Assembly (NCBI GenBank): GCA_028534125.1
Contig: CM052817.1
Location: forward strand, 49,726,001 to 49,790,000
Reading direction: 5' to 3'
DNA: 64,000 nucleotides
From: Lama glama
Lineage: Eukaryota
Part shown: positions 13,372 to 27,010 of the stretch, piece by piece
Layout: each line of letters opens with the position of its first letter
Numbering within the stretch: the stretch's first letter is position 1
Program-made: the position numbers and the translations under genes
The notes under the pieces: model-generated
Database searches by the model: none
Told to the model about the DNA's origin: nothing
Seen by the model: only the letters and a program-made list of their open reading frames with translations

Positions 13372-15316
13372 GTACGTATGTTTGGGCAAAGGTGGATTCA
13401 CAGCCTGGAGGGACCAAAAAAGGCAAAGGAGACAGAAACCCTCATATATCGTTACCTCTTTGGGCTTGGCTCTTGGCTGTCTTTCTCATAAATATTATCT
13501 CCACAATAGTCTCGAAATACAGGATTGACCACAATTTTGTAAACGCAGAATTCAAGACTCTGAGAGGTTACGTGATATGTTCAAAATTCCCCAAGTGACA
13601 GAACGAGAATTCAAACCCCATCAACTTGTTGTAAGTCCTGGAACTACCAGAACCCATGGCCTTGAGGAAATCCAGCAGCATGTCACCGCATGCACCGAGC
13701 TGTATTCATTCAATACACATGCCATTTCAAAAATATTAAGAAGGCAAAGCTGACCATAAAATAGGATCATGAGTCTTACCTGTAACGAAGCCCTAGTGAC
13801 AGGAGGCATGCCTAAACAAAAAGATGTTCCTGTTTTAAGGAATTTATGCTTGTTGTGGTAGAGGGGGAAGACTCATATCAGTTGCAGAAATTGCTCAGAG
13901 GTTTCAATTGTGTTATATGGAAAGTATATAGCAGAACATATACGTAACAGATGCAAATCTATGGGCCAGTATGACTCATCTTCTTAAATAAAATGAATAT
14001 ATTCAGACAGGCTTATTTGAAAGAAACAATTATAACTTTTCTCACCAGTAGACTAATGCCTCATTGGCAGACTCACTCCAAGTTCCTTATAGCTTTATTG
14101 AGTTAACCAGTGATCTGCAGAAGGATTTTACAATATACCTGGATAAATTCTACAATATTTAGGAGACAGAAAGCATATATTTGCTGAAACTTTCTAAATT
14201 TCATGCCTTCCTTTTCCAAATTCTGACCTGCCATAACATTCTAGCCAAGTTATCACAGTTTTATTAATACCTTTGAATTTGTTGTCATTATCACTATGTA
14301 AGCTTTTGTGTGGGTCCAGAGAAATTCCCCCTGGTAAACAATGTTTTCCTTCTGATCTGAGAAGAGGGAAAAACTACTTGGTCATTTGTTTACCAATTTA
14401 CTATAAAATTCTAATTACTTATATCTTCACATTCCAGAGCCTAAGTGAAACACAATATCTAAAATATCTTCTAATTTATATGATTTCCTCTTTTTTAACT
14501 GAAGGATTCAGGAAAATAGGCCTTTAGTGCTTTTTAGATCTCGGATTTTTTGAAACATAAAAGTAAGAGATGGCAGATCAATACACAGTTTTCCATTTTT
14601 CAGGGACCTTTTATTGCTTGGTTTTTCTAGTTTGAGTATGTAAAAATTCAACCACACATGTGAAGGAACTTGAACCTGTTTACATGAAAAATTTTCCAGA
14701 AATGGACATGTTTAATCTGGAGAATACTCAGAGACCAAAAATATTGCTGTCTTCAAATATTTTATGTAGAAGAGGGAGTTTATGTTTTACGTGTGTCCAA
14801 AATGGCAGACCTAAAAGCCAATGGAATGGAAAATGCAGAGAGACTTATTTCAACTCCAAAGGAAGAACTCTGCTAATATGAGAGCTGACCAAAAAGAAAT
14901 AGCATGTTTAGGGAAATGAATTTCCCATCATTTTAATTAGTTTGCTGAGGTTAGACGAGCACTATGTCACGGAGGTGACTATGATTATCAGATGAGTGAT
15001 TGGCCAGAGAGACCACTAAGTTTCTTCCAGGCTTCAGAGTTTATGATATTGATAATAACATTTTGGTGCTCGAGTCTTACTCAACTACTATAACAAGCCT
15101 TCAAATTAATGGGGAAAATGCACTCAAAACATAACGAAAACTTGCAGAGAGAACATATGAAATGACCTTGAGTCATAGAGTGACATATGAGTGTGATGAT
15201 TAGCTCTTGACACTTTCAACAATTAAGGCATAATTTAGTAGGAGAAAATACAGAAAAGAGCATAAGATATACTTGACGTGTTTTTTGAACAAGTACCTTT
15301 CAATCGTATGTCGTAG

Positions 15317-15474
15317 TCCAGAGGAAGACGGTGCAAAAGTAGATGTCATTATGGTGTTCCAGTTCCCCTCTGCTGAGCCAAGGGAAGTAAGAAAAAAAAT
15401 CCATCGCATCTTAAATGAGAAGATAAGAAACACCAGAGCCTTGTCAATAAATGCCTCATCAGTTCAAGTTAATG
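15317..15474 (+). CDS. TMPRSS11A: TMPRSS11A coding exon (probably exon 5), SEA domain: PEEDGAKVDVIMVFQFPSAEPREVRKKIHRILNEKIRNTRALSINASSVQVN
   Basis: tag|T acceptor and G|gtaagc donor; 158 nt; in frame with both neighbours. Confidence 0.95.
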
Positions 15475-17984
15475 GTAAGCAGCTACCTTTCTATGTGATG
15501 TGAGGTTCTCTATTAATTCCATTTTATGTCTAATCAAACTTTATATCATTATTTCCATTCCACGTAATACCTAGAATTCAGATGGAAAACCTTCAATTTA
15601 AAAAGTGGCATTTAAAGGTCTTATTATTCTCTGATGAAAGTATGTCTGAAGTTAATTACTAAGTGTTTTTTCCTGTAGTAATTGACTGGCACTCACCCAA
15701 AATAAAAGCAAATGTTTACCACTAACAGAGAGGTAATCTGACCCAGCCACGGCCTCCATGACTAAGCAAGTGAAAACACCAAGTATTTAGCAATAATTGC
15801 TCTTCTGTTTCTAAAACATAAACTCATTTGTTGCCTTTTAAAAGTATGGATAGCTTCTGTAAACAGTGAGATTATGAAGTTAGTGTGAACTTTTTTTTCC
15901 TCTGGGTACTTGGGAAAATAGTAAACCAACTTTGGAGCCACTAAAGCCATCTTATAAGTAGTGCTTTAAAAATCACTAAACTAGGGGAAAAAAATCATTG
16001 GAAACATTATTGCTTCTCTAAAAAAAAGAATTAATATTTATCAAAGCCCTTTTCTATGCTCTTTACATGCAGCATCTAATTTCTATATTCTTGCAAAGTA
16101 GGCAAAAAGCACCTTTGTAGATGTGAGAGGCAAAAAAAAAAAAATTAAGGATTCCAATAATTAAAAGGAGCAAAGATTCAAATCCAGATCTCTAATTTCT
16201 CAAGACGCTTTATGAAAAAAGGGCTCTGTGGTCAAATACGTTTCAGAAATTCTGTGTATAATATTCACCCCTAGGAAATTCATCCCTTATACTAACATAT
16301 TAAAGACTGTGAGGAGTCCAGCTAGACAGAAACCTGTTTATCCTTGTCCATTAAGCTGTTTCCATAAACATCTACTTCCGGGAGACAAGTGCAGATTTCC
16401 CCTACAAATTCCAATGGACACCGAGAGAATCAGAGTTAAGTGTGACTAATATCAGGTATGAAACAGAATGCCCTGCCCTCTCAGGGTATGGCTGACTCTT
16501 TAAGAGGAAACCTGACCAGGAAGCGAAATTTTGAGGGGATGGGATGGGCAGGAGTTTGCTGATGAGACAAAGAGTCAGCTATTCAGGGAATAAATCTGGA
16601 GACCTCTCCCAACTCAGGAGGGAAGAACCTGTCAAAGGCTTAATCCACCTTCTTTACTTTTTCGCTTGTGGGGAAGCAAATGAACCAAGGTTGTGAAATA
16701 ATGGAAGTTCTGCTAAGTTACATGATGTGTTTTATGCAATTTCTGATAACCAGTTAATTTGCCAGGAACTTACAAGCCTGAGCTTTGAAACCAAAAAAGA
16801 AGCACAAAATGGTCATCAGCTGCCTGGGCTTTTTGTTTCTTACAGGCTCAGTTTGTGACCTGCAGCGTATTTTAATGACTGAAGTAGAGTCAAGGGCAGG
16901 ATGTGCTGATGGAGAACCTGACTTGAGAGTTACCTGACTAATTCTAATTCCACTGAGTCACCACAGGACCATCCAAATAATTGGCCCATGCATTGCCTCC
17001 ATTTTCTCATCTGTAAAATTGCAATGATAATGTTTGTTATTCCTGAAATTATAGAAATACCATGAAGATATATGAGAAAATACAAAATACAGACAGTATG
17101 GAACATATAGACTATTACCACTTAGAAAGCTAGTAAATTGTGCATATGCTTTGGAAACCTGAAAGCATTAATGTGAGTGATTCGTCGTTAAAAACAAAAA
17201 AAAGTGGGGGAGGCCTAGAACACTGAAGGTCTCCAAATTTTCAGATGTAAAAAGAGCAGTGTTTACCAGAACTTAGGAAAGGCTCATTTATTAGAAAGAT
17301 CAGTAGAATCCTCAAGGCAATTCTTATAGACAAAAACATTGCTCTCCAGCAACACTTAATTTGAAGGACTTCAAGCAAATGGAAAACTGCAGAAATTCTA
17401 GACCTAGTCTAGAAATAACCCTCTAGCCCAAGATTTATCCATAATTTGTCAAGAATCTGTGTTTTGTTTTGACAAATAACTGCATGGTGTGGGTCCCTTA
17501 TGTGTAATATGTCAAAGCAAAACTAAAATTAATCTTTTGCACTGCAAATGCCAAGGCTGTGAAAGGACTACTTACTGCCTACAAGTTGTTAATGTGGCTC
17601 CACTTCCCATCATGTTACTTGTAGCATGTACAGCCCTAGATACTAACCATTTGACTCCTAACCCAGACATGTGTTTGAGGGCCACTCTCAAAACTAAGGT
17701 GTTAATGTTTCTTTTCACTCCCAGGCATGCAAAGTAAAAATATTTGGTCAAAATTAGAAATCTTCAACAGCAGTTACCTGTGTATGGATAGTTTACCCCT
17801 AGGTATAATCATTCTCACTAAAAATTTTTTCTTTAAAAATCCAATTACAGTCCCAACCATTGCACTTAACCCTGGAAAGGCGTGATTTGTATCTTGCTCA
17901 AACTAAGCTGAAGAAGTCTTAACTGAAGAGTTCTAACATTATACCATTTTCCATTTTAATGTATTACTAATATGTGGCATTAAA

Positions 17985-18337
17985 ATACCTCATTTTATTG
18001 CACTTTCCCTTATTGCACTTCACAGGTATTTTATTTTTTATATTTTGTTTTTTGTTTTTGAAGGTTTGTGGCAACCCTGTCAGATAAAGGTCAGCATTTT
18101 TAGCAATAAAGTGATTTAATTAAGGCATCTACATTTTTTAAGGCATAATGCTATTGCACACTTTATACAGTACAGTACAGAGTAAACATAAATTTTATAT
18201 GCACTGGGACACCAATAAAAAGTGACTTTATTGCAGTATTTGCTTTATTGTGGTGATCTGGAATCAAACCCATATACATATATATGTATATATATGTATG
18301 TGTGTGTGTATGCATATATATCTGCAAGGTATGCCTG
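17985..18337 (+). mobile_element. Tigger1-derived MITE with an internal (TA/TG)n expansion near its 3' TIR
   Basis: atacctcattttattgcactt... start, aaggtttgtggcaaccctg internal motif, end ...aggtatgcctg. Confidence 0.8.
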
Positions 18338-19375
18338 AAGTTTAAAAAAAAAAAAACAAGAAATTTACTACCATAATAAAACATTTGACAGAAAACTGAG
18401 TTCCTTTCGTAAGTAAGCACTGAGAATCTGTCCTGACCAATTGATTCTTCACCATATAATGGTTTGGACAAACCTTTAAGGATATTCTTAAACTGGATTA
18501 TTTTCAAAAGCTCACACTTTGTAAAGTTCATCATCACTCGTTTCCCAAGTGAAATTCATAGAAGGTAAGTAGAAAGAAACATTCTTACTGTGCACAATGG
18601 GAAATTAGATGCAGAGAATATGAGTTTCAGAAACACGGCACTGGTAGAAATAAGTAAAACAGTCTAGCCTCATTATACTCATTAAGTCTTTTTAATTTGA
18701 AAACCATTACAATTTTCATGCAGACTTCCACCAACTTAAGTTTAAATGTTTGTATGTATTTTATCAGATTCCTAACTCTGCTGGAAATTGACAGATTTTA
18801 ATCTTAGATTCTGTACAACAGTTGGCCTTTACAATATTAAGCAGATGTTTGATAAGAAGACACAACAGGTTTAGAACTGCATTATAAATATAGTTTATGT
18901 GGGCATTTTCTTTCTTTTTTTCATTCCCAAACCATTTGACCAAAGAAAGGCTTATATGAAATCTTAAAGCAGGCCTGTCCTGTCTCTGGCTGGGTGTGAG
19001 TCTAAAGATCCCATCTAGTCACTCCCTTTCTCCACTTTCTCTATCTCCTTAAGGAAAATCCAAAGAGGCTTTACCCTGCACCTTTGGAGAGCCACTGTTC
19101 TGTATTAATGCAAACTACTCATGGTTTTGATCATCCACTATTTGTGTCTTAATTACTCACTGCTTGAGGTATTATTCACCTAATTCGAGGTTGTCTATGA
19201 ATTTCTACAAAAACTGTACACCTATTCTTACATCAGGTAGCTATTTTCCTGACTGATCCATATGCTCAAGTGTCTAGAATCCATAGTTAAGTCAGTACCC
19301 TCTGATAATTTCTGGTCATTGAGACCAACCAGAAGAATATCAAATCATCATTCTTTGTTCTATTTTGTTTTTCAG

Positions 19376-19414
19376 CAATGAGCTCATCAACAGGGAAGCT
19401 AACTGTCCAAGCAT
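19376..19414 (+). CDS. TMPRSS11A: TMPRSS11A 39-nt linker exon (probably exon 6): (A)MSSSTGKLTVQA(C)
   Basis: Polypyrimidine tract plus ttcag| acceptor, T|gtaagt donor; phase 1-1; too short for the ORF track. Confidence 0.92.
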
Positions 19415-19944
19415 GTAAGTCTAGTTAGCTTATAAAAACAAGTTCAATTTCCATATCATAAAGGACAGTATCTTCAAATATTAGCTCAAAATTTCCCATC
19501 CATGTCCCACATTTTCTTTGGGAGAAAATAACAATTGGGCAAGAGATGAAAATACATCTCTTCTAACTCTGAGACTGATCTTTTTGTCATGTTCTAGGCA
19601 AATATTTTACATGGTGGAAATTTGGGGACAATTTTAAGAAATTATATATTTCTGATTTTGAATAAATGGGCTTGCCTTTCTAATTTTTTTAAATGCTATG
19701 AAATATGCTTTCTGCTGAGAAATAAAATAATGAGAAAGTGAAACATGGGGAGGAGATAGACCCAATTATTTGTGACTGACCTATAAAATGTATTAATTAT
19801 ACTCATCTTCGTGGCTGACAGCAGCTCCACTCACTCACTTCATATCACTGTGCCTTAAATTTTGAAAGTTTTTATAGCAGTGTGATGAATTTGAGCAAAG
19901 GTGTTCATTCATCTTCATCCGTGTCTTGCAAATACACTATATAT

Positions 19945-20620
19945 TTTTATTCATTCATTCTACAAATATCTTTAACATCTACCAAGTGCCAGAAAGTGAA
20001 TACAAGTGTGAAAGAGACATGATTCCTCCTCTAAAATTAAGAGTTCAGAGGTAGGGGAAGACATAAATAAATCAGAAAATGTTAAAAACAATGTGATAAG
20101 TGCTATGACAGAGAAAGTACACTATGCTATGAGAGTCAGTCACAGAGTCAGCTAACCTGATCTTTGTGGGCTCAGAAGGTAATTCCTGATATAAGAGAGA
20201 GGAGAGAACACAAGTCAAGTGACAAGTGGGATTAGTGTCCTGAGCAGGGGATGTAGTATGTAAAAATGTCTTCAGAAAAGCAAGAGCATGGTCATTTCTT
20301 TTTTTTTTTTTATGGTCATTTCTTATAATTGAAAAACATCAGTATGGCTGGAACAGAGAATGGGGGTTTGGCAGGGGGCATGGGAAAGGGGTGTGATTAA
20401 TAGTGATCAAGGACCAGAACCATGCTGAAACATTTTGATTTTGTTTGGAGGGCAATGAGAAGTCACTAAAGGATTTTACACATATCAGAAAGGTCACTCA
20501 GTTTTCAGTGTGGAGAGTGGACTGCAGGGGCAAGACCAGAGGCAGGAGGATGAACCGAAAAGCTGTTGCATTCCTCCAGATGAGAAAAATGGTTGTCTAA
20601 ACTAGAGAAATGTGATGCAG
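19945..20620 (-). mobile_element. L2 LINE fragment (others near 25480-25905 +, 39000-39500 -, 47890-49000 +, 49270-50740 -, 57680-58240 -, 58290-59060 +, 59070-59520 -)
   Basis: ttcattcattc..caaatat L2 3' end and typical L2 body motifs. Confidence 0.7.
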
Positions 20621-21360
20621 ATTTCTAAAATGACTGGCCACAGTGGGGGTGTAATCAGTACTGGTAAAATAAATTTCCCCTTTTGATACTTCACTTATAG
20701 GAACAAGAACTGAACCTACCATATTTTCTTTATTAGCACCATGCTCCAAGCAGGCTTAATTCTTAGCAGGAACCCTAGGCAGCAAACTAACCTCTGATCT
20801 GATGCACATAGTACATCACATATTTATTTACACCAATAATGAATGTGATGTTTATATGGAAACATGGAACCCTCCATCCTGAAGAGTGAGACTGGCCATG
20901 ATACATTAACTCAAGCGCACCTTAGGAACTAGTCAGAAAAATGTATAGAAGAAGGAGTTCCAAGGAATTGGCAGTAACCTCCCTAACCAGTTCTTCCTTC
21001 AGTCAAAGAGGACTTCAAAGTAACATGATGGGCTCACCTAAAGCTGAGAAACAGTCATCTTAGTAGGAGCTCCCAGAACATCTGGATAATTGATACTGCA
21101 AGTCCTCAGGACACATACTTTGTGGTGTGTCAACCCTTTGCAGCCTTACATAGCTTCAGAAGGCAATATATATATCCACATTTACAAATGGAGGGAGTGA
21201 GCAAAACACCAGCTATCAGGAAATACAGAGGATGGATATTAATGTTGTGCATGTTTATATAATGACAGATGCAAACATTGCATTGCAATACTCTACTAGT
21301 CTCTCTGTGTGAAAGATTATTGAGATGTTTCTTATGACTTAATGATCTCATGTCTTTCAG

Positions 21361-21532
21361 GTTGTGGTAAAAGAGTTGTTCCATTAACAGTCAACAGAAT
21401 AATGTCCGGAGACCTTGCAGTCAAGGCTGCCTGGCCGTGGCAAGCTTCCCTTCAGCATAACAATATACATCAGTGTGGGGCCACCCTGATTAGTAACACG
21501 TGGCTTGTCACTGCAGCGCACTGCTTTAAGAA
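21361..21532 (+). CDS. TMPRSS11A: TMPRSS11A coding exon (probably exon 7): activation site VNR|IMSG and catalytic His (TAAHC, codon 21519-21521)
   Basis: ttcag|GT acceptor and AA|gtaagt donor; 172 nt; [56 protein letters not shown]. Confidence 0.97.
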
Positions 21533-22649
21533 GTAAGTGATTGATGTTAACTTGCTACTACTGCTAAAAAAAATTCTGAGTTTTATCTTCTGAGTAATAA
21601 TGCCCCCAAATTCTACTGAGATAAAATGAGAAAAACTTTCCAGGTTCATTTCTAAACTAATTTACACTAGCACTTATTTGGAAACTCAGTGGGGTTATAA
21701 TCATTATCCTAGTGTATACTGATCAGGTCCTCAGAGTTTTACATAAAGAAATTGTATAAAGAGACAGAAGTCCTAAAACAAAATATTTACTAATAACATA
21801 CATAATTAATTCTTTCTCAAACAATCCTCTTAATACTAGTGTCTGTTTCTGCCAAAGATTTGGGCCAGTCTCAAAATTATCAAATTAATTAAAAGTGAAA
21901 TGGAAATCTTCAGTGGACATAGGAAGTTGGTAATGTGATAATGTGAGAATTGCTCAAATCAAACCTATAGTTTTGACATATTAAGATCTAATGGAATTAG
22001 AGCAGTTCACAAATCAAAATGAAAAAATGATCAGGATGATAAGGACAGGCACTTGAAAGAGATTCCTTTGAGTGACAGATTATGAAGAGAGGGTTTTGGG
22101 CCACCCAATGAGACCTTCATATTCAAGAGACACCTCTTGACAATGGTGCTACAAAGGGCAAACTGAAGTAAAGATAAAGTGTTTCATGTAGTTGTTTGAA
22201 TGAACAGTTGACACTTGATTCTTTATTCATTCTGAGCATAGTTACAACATAAGTTTTATTAAGTAAAAGATAAAAGTGACTGTTTTTTTTCATAATTTTA
22301 GTTTTACTTTAAAGAGAATAACCAGTTGGATTTTTATGTTTAAAATCTCGGATTTTTTCTAAGTAGATTCACTTTATGGCCTTTTTCTAGTATCAATTGT
22401 CATGGTGACAACAAGAGCTTCCTGGGTATTTCTGTAAAGCAGGTGGAAATAGAACTTAGTAGGTAAAATATTGCCAGACAGTAGGGGAGCTGGATCTGAT
22501 CTCTGCAACCTTGGGCAAATTATTAAACCATAGTGTAATGGGAAACAGATGGACTAGATCATCTCAAGATCCCTTTGAGTCCTAAAATTTTGACTTTTGA
22601 TAGCACAGTAAGTTCTGCCTACATATGAGTCTAAACCTATATAGAGACT

Positions 22650-23160
22650 TAGATTCTTAAAGTGTGAAAGACATGAGAGTTCAATAGGTCAACATAGTAG
22701 AAGTAACAGAAATCCATTAGTCAGGTGCCTAGGTTGGGACTGAATATCTTAAAATAATGGAGAGCTTACTAGCTCCAAAGTTAGGCGATTCTGTGGTAGA
22801 TAGTTCTATGTTTGCAAATACCTTTATAACACTGAACACCAAATCTGCCACCTAATAACTTTCATCCATTGATATTTGCTCTTTCATCTGGAATAAAATG
22901 GATCAAATTTATTTCTTCATCCATTGAACAGCTGTTTCTTAGTTTCTCTTTTTCAGGCCTTATTATACATTATAAAGTAAGTGAGAATCTCTAAACTATA
23001 TGTGAAAATAAATATTCTATTTTATTTCACAGCATCAACTTTCAGATGACCTCAAATCTTGGTTCTTCTCTAAATGCTCTTGATTTCTGTCAGTGTCTGC
23101 CTTAAAATATGCTTTGAAGAACTAAACACATCTCTCAAGACAGATAGTATGACCAGTGTC
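22650..23160 (-). mobile_element. L3/CR1 LINE fragment
   Basis: Degenerate CR1 3' motifs (gagcttactagctccaaag, aaatctgccacctaataactttcatccattg). Confidence 0.5.
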
Positions 23161-23229
23161 TTAATGACAAAATAAAATGGGAAGACTTCTGGAAAAAATT
23201 AAATAATATAAACTGAATGCAAGGGTAAC

Positions 23230-24230
23230 AAGTAAGTCAGTAAATAAACAACTCTATCCAAAGGATGATGATCAAGAATTGTTACTGAAATACTGAGGAT
23301 ATTTTTAATGGCCCACTAAAGATCTCAACTCTGCATCATGTCCTAGACAGTATATTTTCTGGGCTTGGCACATGATATGAAAGTTATGCTTATAAAGTAC
23401 CTAACATTCTCTGGAAAGGAAAATCAATGTGTGAGTAAGAAATTCAGAAATTTCAAAAGGATTTTAATTATGTTAGAGTAATAAGCAATAACTAAATGAT
23501 GAATTTAAGCAGGTATAAATATAAGGTTCTAACTTGAGTCAAAAAAAAAAAAAACTAAGTCTGTCAGTACAGAAAGCAGGTATCGGCTTTAACATGTAAA
23601 AATTGCTTAGAAATTTTTGCCACAAGATAGTCCACTGCAAGTCAGTTGTTTACAAAACTATATTGTGATTTAGACTGCATTAAAAGAAACGTAGAACCCA
23701 GAATAAATGAGATGTTAGACTCTGCTTTGATTAGATCGTACCTGCGATAGTGAATTCTGCCTTGGAAAACACACTTAGGGAGAACCTGACACAGTGAAGT
23801 GCTTTTAAAAAGTTTTAGATGATAAAGAAAGGTGATAATATACCCAAACAGCCTTGCCACTCAACATGTGGTCCACAGACCAGCAGCATTCACATCACTA
23901 GGAAATGTGTTAGAAATGCAAGAATCTCAAGCCCCACAGAATCAGGAGCTGTATTAATAGGCTCCCCAGGTTATTTGCACACTAAAGCTTGGGAAACACC
24001 ATCCTAGGAGGCAAACATTTTATCCTGAGAAAGCCTGTAGAGATGGTAGTTTTATTCATATATCTGAGGTACTTTCTTATGGAAGAGAATTCAGGAATCA
24101 AGGAAAGACTTGTCAGCTGTCAGAGCTGCTCAAAGATGAAGGGATTGCAAGGTGAAGAAAAGGACTTTAAAGCAAAGAAGACATCCCCATCTGCAGAAGG
24201 GTTGGAGCACAGACACTCGTCAAGTGAGAG
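23230..24230 (+). mobile_element. L3/CR1 LINE RT-region fragment interrupted by a MER5
   Basis: CR1 motifs (ttagactgcattaaaagaaacgtagaacccaga, ctgctttgattagatcgtacctg, cagagctgctcaaagatgaagggattg). Confidence 0.6.
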
Positions 24231-26158
24231 TGTTCCTGTAACAATGATGACTATTAAGCTCAAGGATGCTACAAATATTTGGTTAGGTGCTTAAGATTTG
24301 TTTTGTATAATTCTTACACCCACTTCACTTGGTAAACCCTGCTTAGTAAGCCCTTTTTCACTGAAGAAAATCAGTGAAATAACTTCCTCAAGGTCTCAAT
24401 GTTAAGAGATGGTGGAGTTGAACATAAGCATGTCTTCCTCATGGCAAGCCCCATTTTTTAAGCGTTATATCTGTGAGGACTGAATGACTTCTTCTGAGGT
24501 TACTTCATATTATTGCAGTTTAATATTGAGTGAACACTTGAAGAAATCTCCTCACATAATTGGTTATTTTTAAGCTAGTAATCAACAAAATTTTCAGATC
24601 CTTTTTATAGGAATGGCTTCCAGATTAGATGTCACCATTTTGAACTTTTATAAATTATTTGGTGATCTAAATATAGTTTAATAGTCATCATTATTAAATT
24701 GCATCTTGTTGATTTGGGCCCAGATAAAAAACTTAGAAAGTTTATTTGTAATCTTCACTTAGTGTCTTTCACGTCAGGTGTATTTTTCAGGTTTGTCATC
24801 CTCAAATGTAATAAACACAACCTGTATTAAGTAGTATCAGGGCACTGTATGAAAGCTGTAAATAAACACTCTCATTTTAGTAAATTCAATGCAAGTTCTA
24901 TCCTTTGCATTTCCAAGTTTAAAATACTTAGATTTATGGTAAATTCATCCAGGCATGACAAAGTTGACCAGATCTATATCAATAAAACTCACGAAAGACT
25001 GATAGTTATTTTTATGTACAAAAGCAATTTTGTATAAAAACAAAATTTTAAATTGCCTTAAGAATAAAAATAATTCCAACACAATTAATAGCTGTCAAAT
25101 TGGACTTAAACCCCATTGATACGTTTATCTTCTTCTTCCTATGACTAAAGCTACCTGTTAAGAAATAATTAGGTTGAGAAATGAGTATCCATATGGGTAT
25201 CTTTGCTTATCCCTCATGGGGATGTCAGTTCAATTATTTAGTTAAGGAGTATTAGTCTTCTTACTAATGAATAGATTTTGGTGAGAGATGGTATCCTATA
25301 AAGAGCAGCAAGAGACAAGCTGACTTGTGATACTAGGCATATAATTTAATCCATCTAGGCCCTATTTTTCTTAAGTATAAACATAAGCTTTAGTAGATGA
25401 CCTTTCCAATCCTTGGATGTACCATGATCCACCAGCTTCTCATCCAGTGAATTCCCATCTCACTTACATAGTACCTAAGTGCTTTATTCATGACCTATAA
25501 AACACTCTAAAATCTGGCCCCTGCATACCCTCTCCAACCTCACCCCCCACCTTTCTTCCCTTGTGCCGTGAACCACAGCCTGTTTGGTCTAAGCCCTTGG
25601 GAAGTTTGACCGTAAACTTGTCTTCCCATCTTCTCATAGCTGACTCCTCGTCAACCATGTCTCAACCCAAATGCCACGTTCTCAAGAGACTTGTCTAATT
25701 ATCCCCTTGTACTCTATCCTGTTGCCCTGTTTTATTTATAACCCTTATCACTGTTGTAAGTTATTCACTTGTTAATTTGTTTTGTTCTTTATCTTTCACT
25801 GCCATCAAACACTCCCACCAGCAGAGAATTTTGTCTTGTTCACCACTTTATCTCCAGCACTTCAAATAAGTTTCAGCACAACACAGATGTTTAATAAAGA
25901 TTTGTTAAAAAAAAAAAAGAATAATATTTTATGTGCTTTACAGTTCTAAAACTCAATAATTCTGTATTGGATTTCAGCTCAAAGATACTGTTTGTGCACA
26001 TTTTACCTTTCAAAATGTTAAGAGAAACTATATTTAAGTGGTCAAAGAAACCTATCATTGCAACCAAGTATTTCAGGATGAAATTTTCTCTTTTATTAGC
26101 CTACATGTGATTACTGTAACACAGTTCATATATTCTGTTCATTTCTAACCTTTTCCAG

Positions 26159-26418
26159 GAAAGCAAATCCAAGTCAATGGACTGTTAGCTTTGGAACAAC
26201 AATCAACCCTCCATTAATGAAAAGAAGTATCAGAAAAATTATTGTCCATGAGAGGTACCACTCCCCAGCAAGAGAGTACGACATTGCTGTAGTGCAATTC
26301 TCTCCCAGAGTCACTTTTACTGATGACATCCGTCGGGTTTGTTTGCCAGAAGCCTCTGCGTCCTTCCAACCAAATTCAACTGTCTATATCACAGGATTTG
26401 GAGCACTCTTCTATGGTG
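26159..26418 (+). CDS. TMPRSS11A: TMPRSS11A coding exon (probably exon 8) with catalytic Asp (YDIAV, codon 26280-26282)
   Basis: ttccag|G acceptor and G|gtgggt donor; 260 nt; KANPSQWTVSFGTTINPPLMKR...EYDIAVVQF...VCLPEAS...ITGFGALFYG. Confidence 0.96.
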
Positions 26419-26519
26419 GTGGGTGTCTCAAAATGGATCACAGAGCACCTAGCTCTATTTATGGCAGTATGATTTGATGCACATCAATATTATCCTGTCA
26501 TTTTTCTACAGTTTGTTCA

Positions 26520-27010
26520 GATTAGTTAGGGCTCCTGTTTTGCAAGTGACAGAAACTCAACTCAAATTAACTAAAGTAAAAAGCAATAATAAAATTGCAA
26601 ATTTTGCCCTTATAATTTGGAAGTCAAGAGATGAGTCTGCCTTCAGACACAGCTTGAGTTTGTATGATGTCATCAGGCTCTGAATCTCTGAGTCTTTTCA
26701 TTAATTACTTGGCTGTTTTCTCCTAGGTCGCCTTCATATAGAGGGACTCTAGCTCCACATAGTGGCAAAGGTGGCCAACAGCAGCTCAGTGTTTATGTCA
26801 TCTTTACCTAGTTGATGCTGAGGGCAGAACATGTCCCTCTCTTTGCCAGAACCTACTTAATTCCTGAAATGGTTTCTTATGGCCCAGGGGTACTCAGATA
26901 GACTTGCTAACTCAAAGACTCACTTCTACATCTGTACAAAGAAAGGCAGGTATGTGATTGGCAGCCTGGTCAGAATCATATGAAACTAGAGAAAGACAGT
27001 TTCAAAAGGA
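26520..27010. mobile_element. Old MaLR LTR (MLT1J/K-like)
   Basis: ttagttaggg...ttgcaagtgacagaaactcaactcaaattaactaaag... and ggtggccaacagcagctc motifs. Confidence 0.6.
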
